From assembly GCF_006345805.1 (NCBI RefSeq), contig NC_043008.1, forward strand, positions 49,538,001 through 49,602,000: a DNA stretch of 64,000 nt, read 5' to 3'. Under the pieces are notes generated by a model. The model was given only the letters and a program-made list of their open reading frames with translations, did not search any database and had not been told where the DNA came from. Below are positions 50,164-64,000 of this stretch, one piece after another. This stretch comes from Octopus sinensis. Its lineage: Eukaryota. The stretch's first letter is position 1; each line of letters opens with the position of its first letter. Both the position numbers and the translations under genes were made by a program.

Positions 50164-52561
50164 TTGAAACCTTAATTTGGGTACAGTGATAGTGTTTGTC
50201 TTTATAGTCTATAATTTTCCCCAATAACTATTCGAACATTTGCTTCGTTTATATTGGTTTTAAATTTTGGTCCAAGGCCAGCAATTTCGAGGGAAGGGCA
50301 AGTCGATTACATCGACCCTAGTTTTCAACTGGTACTTATTTTATCGACCTCGACATGACGAATTGTAAAATCGACCTCGACCAGATTTGAACCCAGAACG
50401 TCAAAACGGAGGAAATGCCGCGAAGCATTTTGCCCGGCGTGCTAACGATAATACTAGCTCGCCGCCTTTTTTTCGTTTATATTAAAATGTTCCGTAGTTT
50501 CTGATCATTTTTTTTTCTATTTCGAAGTTGTTTTGATTTATAAATTTTCATTTCCAGCGAATTCTCCTTTTTTTATTTTTAACAATTCATGCAACAGCCC
50601 AGTAAGCTACAGGCCACCATCAGATTGGCCCTCGTTTGCAGCAGGGAAAAGCAACCGAATTTGAGAACCTTGCTCTATAGAGTTCTTTGTACATCGACAG
50701 ATTAAATTGAACATAAACTGCAGATATTTCATCTGTAAGACCAGGGAAAACTATGAGTTATCTCCCCCTCCACTGATTCTCTATCAAGAGTAAAAATTTA
50801 TCTGAACATCAGCTGTTCCACTTCGAATTTGCCGCTTATTACCACCAAAAATGGTTGGCATTTGTGCCTTGTATCTTCCCATGAAAATAAGCGAATTAGA
50901 TTACAAATTTAGTAGAAAGGAATTAACCATTTCAGTATCTATTAGCATTCAGGCTTATTCGCAATCCCTTTCTTTTTGTGCTTGACTGTTTTTTTGTCAA
51001 TTGAACCGAATTGGAGAAATTCGTATATCAGCATTTCTAATTCCTTACAGATGCCTTCTATTCTTTTCTCTACCTTTCTTTTTCATCGTCTACCATTTGA
51101 GTTACTTAATCTTCAGTTCTTTCGTTAGAAAAACTAGTTTGGGTTACCAATAAAACTAATTAAAATATCATTTTTCCCTCATGATCAAAATATATTTTGC
51201 AAATGTAGAACATCTTACACGAATATTTTATAAATTCTGTTTCTGCAAATGATTTTCTCAAGAATTATTATCACCTGCTCCAGGTTCTTTTGAAAATATG
51301 GAAGTCTGCCCAGTTTCAACTGCAAAATTATGTTGCCATGATCATGCACGCTACAGATGCAATACTAGAACACACTGCCAATATTGTTTGTATCTTAAGG
51401 TCATTAGATGTTTCAGACTTTACAACATTGCACTCTCATCCAGGTGACCTGATTAAAGTTTATCAACCTTCAACAACAGTCTACTGACCCCTACTGCTGT
51501 CTCTTTTTACAACAAGTGCCATTTAATATGCTTTCTCAGCAGCCTCTACGTTGTCCTTGAGGGCTCATTCCTGTAATGCCCAGAGTAGGCCTGACTCAGT
51601 GCACCACCTACAAACCCTCGGCTGCCAACTTCCGATCGTAAACAACTCATTCTTCACTCATCCCTGCATCAGTCCAATCTATCTGCGACCATCTTGCCTT
51701 TTTATTTTCTCTTTATTTCAGGCATTATGTATAAAGACAACGTTATCCAGTGTGCCACTTCGAGACTTTTCCCAAGAAAGTAGTGTCTGTGAAGTGAAAG
51801 AGGTTTGACTGCTATTTCTAGCAGGTCATACAAATGCTGACACATCTCCTTTCCACTGGTTCATTATAAGAAAAGATGACGGAGATGAAACTGGAGTTCG
51901 GTTTTTTTAATGCGAATGTGGCCACGAAGCTTCATATTCACTGCTGAATAATGGCTAAAGTCTGCTTTAGAAAACAAATCGAATTATTGCCTTCATTGTG
52001 TTGTCCTTCGAATTCATTTATTCACAGTTGGAGACATGGACAGCAATAGCTATTTGCAAAATCTTTAGCCTAAGCAGACAGCTGCAGTTTCATTTTGTTT
52101 AGCAAAAAAAAATTTTTTTTTTCGTCTCGGTTTCCTACAATTCTTCTTTCTTATTCAAAAGTATCTTCCGTAACAAACAATTTAGAAATATATCTACAAC
52201 CTTCACTAAAACTCCACTCCACACAGTGTTCTCATTCCTGTAGAAAATATTAGTAAAGATAATAGATAACAGTGTGTTGTAGGAAGTTGGTGCAGTTAAA
52301 CAGTCTTTAACATTTATAATTCCGTAAACCTTGGAATCAAAGACATTGCCAAGAGCCTCAATATAGACGTCTCTGACGTCTACAGCGAGGTTCTTGGCTG
52401 TGTTACAGATTTTTGGTATGATAGACAGTTATCCTTCCTTCTCAGGGTCCTTTACCTTTGATGGAGTCGTAGGAACTCCGTGGTGATAGGTGGTGTGTCT
52501 TGGACATGTTTAGATATAGCAGAGCTCATCCCACGTCACATCTAATCGGAGACAATTTATT

Positions 52562-52669
<108 letters not shown>

Positions 52670-53129
52670 AGGGAATAGGAAGACTCGATACTTTATTTAT
52701 AGACCTCGAAAGAAATAAAGACCGAGTAAACCTTGACGGATCTGAACTTGGAGCAAAGAGATTCGGAACAAATACCCCAAAGCAATCTATCCGACGCTCT
52801 AACGGTTCGGCCACTTCTCTGTCTAAATAAAATACAATATATGTCTGTTGGTGCTATGAAGATATTTTGCCTTGCTTGACGATACCCGGTGACATCTGGT
52901 GACATTTTTCTGTAATTTCCTAATTATCTCAAGTTGTTGCTGAAAGATATTCTAAAATGGTTTGGGGTTTTCTTGAAACTTAAAGATTTTGCCGAATTTA
53001 GAAGGTCATGGGTTGAAGTTTACCCTCCTCGTCTTCAGACGAAGCGGCATTCAGCATTTCTTCGCATTATCATAACGGAGTACTGCATAATAGTGTATTA
53101 ATAAACAAAGTAAGTATACGAACTACACC

Positions 53130-53277
53130 AGTTATAGGGCAACCTGCGGCCCGAGGGACTTTCTGAATAACATGCCTAACGAAAAAAATTACCTTGAACT
53201 GTTTTAGTAATGCGGCTCGCTATATGCTGAGCTATGTCTCATGCGGCTCGCTACTCGAAAAAGGCTGCTCATGCCTA
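53130..53277. mobile_element. Degenerate hAT-type MITE
   Basis: GGGCAACCTGCGGCCC start, repeated ATGCGGCTC, GCTGCTCATGCCT end. Confidence 0.5.
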
Positions 53278-54960
53278 ATGTTTCCACGCATAAAAAACAG
53301 ACCCCGAAATATTCTATGGTGAAACCTGTATATAGTCTAAATGTTCGTGCTCGCATTACCAGAGACTTCTTATACTTAATTTCTCCTCATTTCCTTATAA
53401 CTCATAGATATAGATATACCTTTGAAGCAATCTATGCTGTAAAATTTGGGAATTTCCATCAACAATTATCAGATTCAGAAACATGTACAACAACAAAAAA
53501 TATAACCTCTTCTTCATGTAACTACATTACTCCAAACAATTTTCAATTTTATGATAACTGTATGACGAAATTTTAAATTTATTGTGCTAAGCTTGGCAAT
53601 AATATTGCATCTCCCCTCTCCTCAGGACTCAGAGCAGTCTGATCGAAAATTGTTTTAAGATTCGCGTTTATTAAGATCTTTTATAGTTTACTTGTTCCAG
53701 TCATTAGACTGCGACCATGCTGGGTCACCGCTCTGAGGTTTTAGTCGAATGAATCGACTCCATTTTTAAAACCTGATACTTATTCTATCGGTCTCTTTTG
53801 CCGAAACGCATGACCAAAATATATTTTGCAAATGTAGAATATCTTCCACGAATATTTAATAAACTTCTGTTTCTGCAAATAATTTTCTCAAGAAACTCTC
53901 TTTTGCCGAAAAGCTAAGTAACACACCAACACCGGTTGCCAAGCGGTGAGGGTGGGGACAAACACATACAGAAAGACACACACATAGATATACATACATA
54001 TATACGATGGGCTTCTTTCATTTTCCGTCTACAAAATCCTGAGGCTCTAGTAGAAAACCAAGGTGCCACGAAGTGGGACTGAACCCAGAACTATGTGGTT
54101 AGGAAGCAAGCTTCTTACCACACCGCCACGCATATATTTAAGTAACAAGAAATGAAATTTGGTACACGTCTTTCCAAATACATTTGGCACTTGAAAGAAA
54201 CGTGTCTGTGGTGTTTAAAACGGTCGATCATTAGTCGTACCAACACCTTGCACATCGCAGTGTTTGCTCCAGCTTTCACGACAAGCTTTGTTTAAATGAA
54301 AAACTATTGATGTCATTTCAAAATGAAAACAGATTGAATGAACATTCAGAATTGTTATGTAACTTCAGACATTCTTCTAAATTTTTGCTTCAGATTACGT
54401 ATTCCCAAATGGTTGACTAAGGCAGCTAAAACCTCAAAAGCTGACATAATTATAATTGTTTTATTTCTGCTTTTAAAGACACTTAACCACTACAAATTAT
54501 TTCCTTTACATTTCCAGGCGAGCTGGCAGTAACGTTAGCACGCCGGGCCAAATGCTTAGCAGTATTTCGTTTGCCGTTACGTTCTGAGTCCAAATTCCGC
54601 CGAGGTCGACTTTGCCTTCCATCCTTTCGGGATCGATTAAATAGTTACGCACTGGGGTCTATATAATCGACTTAATCCGTTTGTCTGTCCTTGTTTGTCC
54701 TCTCTGCGTTTAGCCCCTTGTGGGTAGTAAAGAAATAGGTATTTCGTCTGCCGCTAAGTTCTCAGTTCAAATTCCTCTGAGGTCGATATTGTCCTTCATC
54801 CTTTCGGGGTCGAAAAATTAAGTACCAGTTACACACTGGAGTCGATGTAATCGACTAGTGTCCTCCCCACAAATTGCAGGCTCTGTGCTTATAGTAGAAA
54901 AGATTATTTTTTATGCACACTATTGTCAACATACATATTTTTTCATATGCACACACACAC

Positions 54961-54997
<37 letters not shown>

Positions 54998-55001
54998 CAT
55001 G

Positions 55002-55039
<38 letters not shown>

Positions 55040-55410
55040 ATGCATACACATACGATGTTTTCATGCCTCCTCCATCCCTGTTTCCATTTCGTTAAGTGTG
55101 AAATGCTCTCCCGTCATTCAAACAAGAATTACATCATTAGTCAACAATATCACTCATGTCAATCAACCAGCCTTCCGTGCAATATTAAAAAAATATTTGT
55201 TTTTGCTCTGTGATCATTATATTCTTTTATTCTTTTATTTGTTTCAGTCATTTGACTGCGGCCATGCTGGAGCACCGCCTTTAGTCGTGCAAATCGACCG
55301 CAGGACTTATTATTTTATCGGTGTATTTTACCGAACCGCTAGGTACGGGCACGTAAGCACACAAACATCGGTTGTCAAGTGATGGTGGGAGGACAAACAC
55401 AAATACACAA

Positions 55411-55497
<87 letters not shown>

Positions 55498-55996
55498 GCA
55501 TATATACATACATCTATACGTATATGCATATGTGGGCACAGGACGTCACGGAACGTAAACAACATGAAATACGAAATACGAATACACGGAATATGAACTT
55601 TTTTTTTGCAACAACGAAAGAAACAAATGGAAAACAAAACAAGTAACACAACGAACGACTCTTCATCAGTTGTCGGCTGTTTTTCTAATCCGTATATATA
55701 CGATGGGATTCTTTCAGTTTCCGCCAACCAAAATCCACTCACAACGCTTTGGTTGGCTCGAGGCAATAGTAGAAGACACTTGCCAAAGGTGTCACGTAGT
55801 GGGACTGAACCCGGAACCATGTGGTTAGTCAGCAATCTACTTACTACACAGCCACTCCGGCGCTTTTGCCAAATTTCGTTTCCTATTTCTCGTAATCATC
55901 CCAAGATCGGCAAAACAAGAAATGCTCGGCAATATGTTATATCATTCTCCTTTCACTCTCTTTCTCTTTCTCGTTTACATTTCCGTCTCTACATAC

Positions 55997-56055
<59 letters not shown>

Positions 56056-56538
56056 TCCCCCTTTTCCTCTTTCCCCGTCTTTCTCCCTCCCGCTCTCTCT
56101 TTCTATCTGAAGGAGCACTCCTTCGGTTACGACGACGACGACGACGGTCCCAGCTGATACGATCAACGGAACAGCCAGCTCGTGAAAATAACGTACTCCA
56201 CAGACACGTATACTCTTAACGTAGGTCTCAGGGAGGTTCAGCGTGAGACAGAATGTGACAAGGCCGGACCTTTGAAATGCAGGTACTACTCATTTTTTGC
56301 CAGCTGAGTAAACTGAAACAACATGAAATAAAATGTCTTGCTCAAGGACACAACGCGTCGCCAGGAATTGAACTCACGACCTTACGCTCCTGAGCCGAAT
56401 GCCCTAACCACTAATCCACGCGCCTTCTCTCTTTCTATACATATAACATGTATATAAAAATGTACACACATACACACATATATGCATACACACGCGCGCA
56501 CAAACGTGTCTATGTATGTGCATGTATGTATGTACGTG

Positions 56539-56569
<31 letters not shown>

Positions 56570-58076
56570 GCATGCGCACACACACAGGCAACCCTCCACC
56601 CCACACGTAACGAAACCTTTCAGGAAAATTCATTTATCTCTCGTTGAAACCAAAATAAATACGTAACGGAATGTACAAATAAGTCAAACAATGTATTGTG
56701 TCATTTCGAATTCTTTGTTCTTCGAGTTCTACAAAATCACTTGGAAATAAATAATAGAAAGAAAATGCAAGCGATAATAAAACAGAGAAATAATGCATGA
56801 GATCTTGGCAGCAGTGTGTAAGAATTAATCTGAAGAATTGTTGCGACAGATTGGTACGGGTGTGCTGGGGTATATGTAGGGGTATGTATGACGTTTCCAG
56901 AAAAGCTAATGGCAGTGCTGTTCTTAGAGTGGGAAGAAACCGTTGACAAAGGAACCGTCGACAGTGGACTTTATGGCCCAACTTGACGATCTGTTCCAGT
57001 TCTTTCCTTTTTTTTTTCTCTTTTTTTGCTAGAAATAAAGAACTGTTGGATATATTATCTACAGTGTTTGAGGTACCAGCGGTTCTGATATAATTTCCTG
57101 CTCTCTTAGTTTTCCGGAGTTTTTGCTAGCCTTCGACTTTTGCTACCGAAAAGGGTTTTTCAACGCAATATTTACATGCTACAAAGAAAATGTTGATAGT
57201 GACTTCGAAGCGCGCGTGTGTGTGTGTGCATGCGCGCTCGTGTGAGTGAATTGTTTGTTTTTACATTTAGGAAGATAAAAAATACAATAAAAAACCCCAA
57301 ACCGTTTTTGTCTTTCTATGTAATTACTTTGTTTAAGAAAGTGGACAAAGACTTTGTTTAATACAATGTAACATTGCTTTCATGGTCTTTGTTTAGTTTT
57401 ACCTGAAACAGCAATCGACTGCTTTGACAACAGTACAGAGGTAGCACTTCGCTGGCAATAGTCCAAACAATTATGTTAGCCATTCGTAATAATTAGCGGT
57501 TACACTGAGCTACAACATCATTTCTAGGTAGAGAAATTAAACTGCGTTAAAGAGCTTCTGAAAGTCGATAAAATAAGCTTAAGGAAAAAAAGGGCTGAAG
57601 TGGTATTTAAATAATCCTTTCTCCTGTAGAATCAAGACCTGAAAAGGGCTCAATTGGTATTCATTTCATCGACTTCGAAAGAATGAAGGGTAAAGTCGAT
57701 TTCGGGGTAATTTGAACTCAAAACACAAAGACGGATGATAGCGCTAAGCATTTTGTACCGTGTGTTAACGGTCCTGCCAGCCTGCCGCCTTGGAAACCCA
57801 CCCGATATCAGAGTTAAACAATAAAGTAGGATAAAAACAATGAAAACATAGGAAGAAAAACACCAAGTCGCAATGTTACGTACAAGAAACGACGGAGTTA
57901 ACGAAGCAGTGTGCCACATTGGAGATAGGATTGATGTTGTGTAATGTTCATACCGTTGCCATTGTATCTGCTTTAGAGGATGTGTCCTGGTTACTGATCA
58001 ATGGGCACGTTCAGCTCAGTGTGGAAAATGTGAATGTGAAACATCACTGTAATGCTACTATTGTTTAACGGGCGTG

Positions 58077-58445
58077 GAGGCGCAATGGCCCTGTGGTTAG
58101 GGCAGAGGACTCGCGGTCGAAGGATAGCGGTTTCGATTCCCAGACCGGGCGTTGTGAGTGTTTATTGAGCGAAAACATCTAAAGCTCCACGATGCTCCGA
58201 CAGGGGGTGGTGGCGAACCTTGCTGTACTTTTTCACCACAACTTTCTCTCACCTGTTTCTGTTGTACCTGTATTTCAAAGAGACAGCCTTGTCACACTCT
58301 GTTTCACACTGAATCACCGTGAGAATTACATTAAGGGTACACGTGTCTGTGGAGTGCTCAGCCACTTGCACATTAATTTCACGAGTAAGCCGTTCCGTTG
58401 ATTGGATCAACTGGAACCCACGTCGTCGCAACCGATGGGGTGCCA
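58077..58445 (+). mobile_element. SINE family C (tRNA-derived head GGAGGCGCAATGGCC); related copies ~11280-11568(-), 13160-13480, 22640-22950, 46980-47275, 56150-56425(-)
   Basis: A-box TGGCCCTGTGG, B-box GTTTCGATTCCC; body repeated several times in the window. Confidence 0.8.
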
Positions 58446-58714
58446 CATATATTTAACGTGCTTTACGTGTGGGTTTCCATATCAAACAGTACAGTCGGAA
58501 GTAGTCGAGGCGACCATATAAATATCTGTGATTACCCAACGGAGTTGAATGAAGCTGGGAAAAACAACCAGGAAGATATCATTATCATTAGAATTAACCC
58601 ACTTCGGAAAGCTTTTATGTTTCTACATTTTAGAAGCTAGGATTTCTTGTTCTATGAAACCCTCATTAAGATCTAAATTTTGCTTTGGTTTCGACTAGGG
58701 ACCTTATATCTCAG

Positions 58715-58799
<85 letters not shown>

Positions 58800-59226
58800 C
58801 TGATTGGATGCTGTAATGCTCATACTAATGACAAAGGTATCGACTGAAATGACATTCAAATTGTGACGGAGTGAAGTCCTAAATTAATGTTTGAGAAACC
58901 CATTGTTAAAAAGTTACACCAGAATGTCTCTTAAAAAACTGATAACATATGTCTATTCAATATTTCGCGGTCCCTGTGACTTGTGTGAGACTAAGGCTGT
59001 AGATTGTTTAACTTATATGCCTCCAATCTGGCATTGCTTTCAAATGAATTTGGACACGTGTTGAAAATTCCATCGACCAGTAACACATCTCTTTCTTTAT
59101 TGCGTTTGTTTCCTGGAACAAATATTTAGCTACGTATCAAAATGACTTCTTTTGTCAAAAACCCCGCTTTTACAAAGGAGCGTATAGAGCCCGCCGCACC
59201 AACTCCTTTATAAAGTACATATTCAA

Positions 59227-60040
59227 CACGAGAGTTGGCTGAAAAGTTCATAAGATGACCAATATACTCTCATGGAAGGTGACCAAATGGGGTTAATTTT
59301 TCAACATAGACCCCCTTCCGGTCATCGCACTTCTTCCATCGGTATTCCATTGCTTGGATCCCAATGGTGAAGAAGCTTTCATCCTGTTGGTAAAAAAAAA
59401 AGTCATCAACGGGAGATATGACGTCATCATCACTCATCACTGCAATACTGGTTCGCAACTTAGTGTTTTTTCATGTTGGGTGAACGGAAAATAGTCATAT
59501 GGGGCGAAATTAGGTGAATATGGAGGGCGGTCAAGCAGTTCAAAGCCACAGTCACGCACAGCAGCCATTGAAATCAAGGACTTGTGTGCTGGAGCATGTC
59601 CTGATGTGACAAGACATCTTTCATCAGTTTTCCTGGCTGTTTGGTCTTGATAGACTTTCGTAACTGCCTCAGCAAGTTGGCGTAGTATTCTTCCTTGATG
59701 GAAAAAGGGCTGCCGCGGAAGGGCTGCCCCGGGCAGCTCACTCTAGCTACGCTGGTGCCATCACCTTCCCTGCAGATAAAACAACCTTGGCTTTCTTTGA
59801 AGCAGGCGAGGAGGAGTGTTTTCACTCCGTAGATTGTCTCTTTGTCTCTGGCTAGAAGTGATGAACTCAACACTCATTCTGAGTTTGGAAACATTGAAAG
59901 AAACCAGCTGGATCTGCCTCAAATAATGTCAGATTTTCCCATTGTGTGATCAGCTGGAGCACTTTTGGATCACGTGTCAGAAACATGACCAAGCAGAAAC
60001 CTTTGTCATGCCAACTTCACAGTGCAGAATATTCCTAACT
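59227..60040 (-). mobile_element. Degenerate, internally deleted mariner element with one terminus
   Basis: ILHCEVGMTKVSAW, YYANLLRQLR..IK.K, IQAMEYRWKKC.DRKG.YVEK C-terminus; TIR-like ACGAGAGTTGGCTGAAAAGTTC at the left end; related to the 30075 fragment. Confidence 0.8.
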
Positions 60041-62407
60041 TGGTCTTCACTCAAGTTTCCACGTCTAGGTATATTGGAAAGCACAACTGAACTACATGAA
60101 GCTTGACAGCAGACTAAAGGCAGATATTGCTCTCTCACATATTTATACTCTCCTGAAAGATGATGCAATGTATTGTAAGAATTGCATCACCCTATAACCT
60201 AGCAGATTGAAGATGATGCAATACCACACACATTTACAGGAATAGTTTCATAATTTTTCCTATTTTATCTAAAATTCAGCAAATAAATCGAATACAATTT
60301 TATCTGTTTTATATCTGATAAATATCTAGGAAAATAATATTTGATACTGCTTTTATTCTGTTTAAAATGACAAAAGTATTTTCTGAATTTAATTTGAGAG
60401 TCCAATGGACCCATACGGTGATTAATGAATAAAGTGAAATTTTCTAACTTTTATAAACGTACGGAAAATTTCCCATTTGACAAATAAAAGAGAGTCAAGA
60501 AAAAATTAGAGTCACCAGAAATCAGCAGAATCAAATATCATAAACAGTAGGAAAAAGCAACTTTAAAAAAAAAACGAAATGGGTGCTTCGGACCCATTGG
60601 TTAATGATATAAGTTTTCTGAAACTTTTACAAACCACAATTTTCGTTTTAAAAAATCTCCACTAAATAAAAGTATTACTCATGTAGTAAAATATTTATTG
60701 CAACATTTATCAGGAATAGGCGGCGAGCTGGTAGAAACGTTAGCCCGCTGGGCGAAATGCATAGCGGTATTTCGTCTCTCGCTATGTTCTGAATTCAAAT
60801 TTTGCCGAGGCCGACTTTGCCTTTCATCCTTTCAGGGTTAATAAACTAAGTACCAGTTGCGTACTGGGGTCGATCTAATCAACTGACTCCCTCCCCATAA
60901 AATTTCGGGCTTTGAGCCGAGAGTAGAAAAGAATATTTATCAGGAACAGGCGGCGAGCTGGCAGAATCGTTAGCACTCTGGACGAAATGCTTAGCGGTAT
61001 TTCGTCTGTCGCTACGTTCTGAGTTCAAATTTCGACGAGGTCGACTTTGCCTTTCACCCTTTCGGGGTCGATTAAATAAGTACCAGTTACTCACTGGAGT
61101 CAATGTAATCAACTTAATCCCTTTGCCTGTCTTTATTTGTCCCTTCTATGTTTAGCCCCTTGTGGGCAATAAAAAAAGCTACCATATTTCTATTGTCAAG
61201 CGACCGTTAAGTTAAGGAAGTAACTCCCGCCAAACATGGAAACAATGCTGCTGTTGAATATTTTCGTTGATTACTTCAGCCTTGATTGCCCATCCTTGTT
61301 AACGGAAATTATGTTATTTTAATTTGACGATAAACTTAGATAAGAAAGACAGTGAAACAACTTCAGTTACATATATTGTGTTGATATGAGATATTTGAAC
61401 ATATTACAAATTCCTTTTTGATGATGTCTGCCAAACAATGTAATTCAAATATATTTTGAAAGTCTTTTGAAATAATTAAATATGATTTGAAATAAATGAA
61501 AATTATCGGACACAGGTTCGTGCATCATATAGCTAGCTAGAGGCGATCGCCTCTTGGAGCTAATCAACAGCAGTGAGTAACTGGTACTTATTTAATCGAA
61601 AGGATGAAAGGCAAAGTCGACCTCGTCGAAATTTGAACTCAGAACGTAGCGACAGACGAAATACAGCTAGGCATTTAGACCGGCGTGCTAACGATTCTGC
61701 CAGCTCGCCGCCTGTTCCTGATAAATATTCTTTTCTACTCTCGGCTCAAAGCCCGAAATTTTGTGGGGAGGGGGCCAGACTATTAGATCGACCCAGTACG
61801 CAACTGGTACTTAATTTATTGACCCCAAAAGGATGAAAGGCAACGTCGACCTCGAATAGTTTGGTAATAGATATTAATACACAGTACTGCTGTTGTATCT
61901 ATCCTTTAGAGAGATTTAGTAATTATAACATTTCTATTTTTGAAAATTATATCATTCTAACTTAAAGTTACATCAGCACCAAATCCTTTCTGTTATACTA
62001 TTTTGCATCAGTTACATTAATTATAGTTTCTACAGCCAAAGAGGACGAAGATCTTGGTTTTCTTACTTTACTTTTCTTTCTTCTCTTTCCATTTCTTGCA
62101 TCAACCTTCTTCGCGATTTTTTCTTCTCGTTCCTTTTTTTACTTCTCATTTTATCACAGTCCAGTTTTTAAATGCATCCAACGTATGAACAAAGCCTGAA
62201 AGATTGCTTGGAGATGCATGACGTGTTTTATGAATTTACCAATTTAAAGTATCGTTAAGCATGAAACTATTCGTAACTTTTCCGTAACTTTGTATTAAAT
62301 TGATATTTATCTCTCACTGAATGGAGTACATATTTTTGTTGATTCTTCCTATATTAAATCTACAAACAATATATGTATGTGTATATGTGTGTGTGTGTGC
62401 GTGCGTG

Positions 62408-62444
<37 letters not shown>

Positions 62445-62465
62445 ATGTGTATATATATATGTATG

Positions 62466-62500
<35 letters not shown>

Positions 62501-62597
62501 CGGGAAGGTTTACGAAAATAAACAAAAGACGAAGGCAGGTGGAGTACAAACAAACAAATGTATTAGTATGGCGCTCAGGAATAGAAATAGAACAAGT

Positions 62598-62633
62598 CTT
62601 TTACGTTTCGAGCCTATGCTCTTCGACAGAAAG
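62598..62633 (-). ncRNA. Minimal hammerhead motif related to 10588 (core reads CTGTCGA)
   Basis: cttt-CTGTCGA-a-gagc atag gctc-GAAA-cg-TA-aaag; stem I covaries with the 10588 copy; A6U change probably inactivating. Confidence 0.5.
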
Positions 62634-63299
62634 ATACACAGAAAAAAAAACAAGGAGACAAACAAGGAGAGAAAAAAATGCGTGTAGGAGCTAACGATCT
62701 AACAATGCGTTCTGACTTCGGGCTTATATATATGTATGTATGTATGTATGTAGCAGTAGCTAGATAGTTGAAAGATCTCCCTTGCGAGAAAGATTATAGA
62801 GTAACCGCCCTTTCTAAGTTTCTCGAAGCATCTGTGTCATGTGACGTGATTCTGAATTATGCAAGAAGCTTAGCGTTTCTCTTGGAAGTTTCTAGAATGT
62901 CTAGCGTTCCATGAATAAAGACAGCTTGCTAACCCAGCTCTTTGCTTCTTAGTCGATTAGACTTAGAGCCATTCACGTCGTTGCTATGTCCGTCTATTTC
63001 TCGACGCCAAATGACTGAAAACCACCACTTAGCTGTTATTTCTAGATTTTCTGTCTTTGAACTTTCTTGCATAGATTACTTCATTCAAATAGATTCTATA
63101 TTTTGATCATGTTTCATCGTCGACAAATAAATTAAATATATTTTAATGCAGTAAATGTATAGTTCTTACATTTCTTCTTCTTCTCTGTAAGAATTCTTGT
63201 AATAATATACACGCAGCCATATCAATACTTGATACTGAACATATATGCCCACTACACACACACACACGCGCGCACGCACACACACACACATATATGTAT

Positions 63300-63392
<93 letters not shown>

Positions 63393-63701
63393 ACACCAGT
63401 GTGCTTTGCACTCAGAATATACGTTACCTGATCAAACACCACCCGGTATGTTTTCCGGTGCTCTAACCATTCTACATTTCGATGCACCTTTACGTTATCA
63501 AATTTGGCACACGACCAGCAGGCTTGAGGGGAGATTTTGGTGAATAACATTGACCTCCAAGACTTAACCAGTTCTTTATTCTATTGATTCCGAAAAGATG
63601 AAAGGCAAAATTGTTATGGAAAGGGACTTGAACACTTGTCATGGGCTTAAATATTTTTGTGAAGACCATCATAAAGTGGTTGGTCGTTAGAAAGAATGAC
63701 T

Positions 63702-63884
63702 CAGTGGTTCCCAAACATTTTCGGGCAACTGTATTTCACAAATAAAACTTAACTTAATGAAGCCATGATTTTGTTGCTTTTTACACGGATCACCACCCCA
63801 TTACCGCTTCACTTTTTTTCAACGCCCCCTAGGGACTTTCCATCGCCCCCAGGGGTGCAATACCACCCACTTTGGGAACCACTG
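63702..63884. mobile_element. hAT-type MITE
   Basis: Perfect 14-bp TIR CAGTGGTTCCCAAA / TTTGGGAACCACTG; no intact 8-bp TSD seen. Confidence 0.7.
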
Positions 63885-64000
63885 CTTTAACCGAACGAAA
63901 GACTGGGTGGCTGCATGTATTTAGAAATAAAGCAAACTCACGCATATAAATACAGAAATTATCACAGATTCACTGGTTATCAGAATAATAAGCAAGAATA

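Overview
AT-rich, repeat-dense animal genomic DNA. The SINE/LINE families, microsatellite load and intron sizes suggest an octopus (coleoid cephalopod); this is inference, not a database result. Genes read by hand: (1) a first coding exon of an unidentified minus-strand gene (8071-8223) below a CpG-rich promoter; (2) a complete 5-exon PIGO-like GPI ethanolamine-phosphate transferase (+, 15999-28250, 1087 aa); (3) a complete 5-coding-exon phosphoserine phosphatase PSPH (-, 38255-32574, 232 aa), tail-to-tail with PIGO. The rest is tRNA-derived SINEs, RTE-clade LINE 3' ends, a near-complete but inactivated DD34E Tc1 transposon in PIGO intron 2, mariner relics, TTAA and hAT-type MITEs, a tRNA-Asp pseudogene and microsatellites. 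Most notable: (a) PSPH intron 3 holds an antisense and a sense copy of the gene's own last exon, allowing competing long duplexes and a possible in-frame alternative terminal exon; (b) several unrelated, often palindromic Penelope-like repeats carry minimal type-I hammerhead ribozyme folds, one with a compensatory G3-C8 core; (c) repeated short-range templated or inverted insertions. All coordinates and identities were determined by eye.
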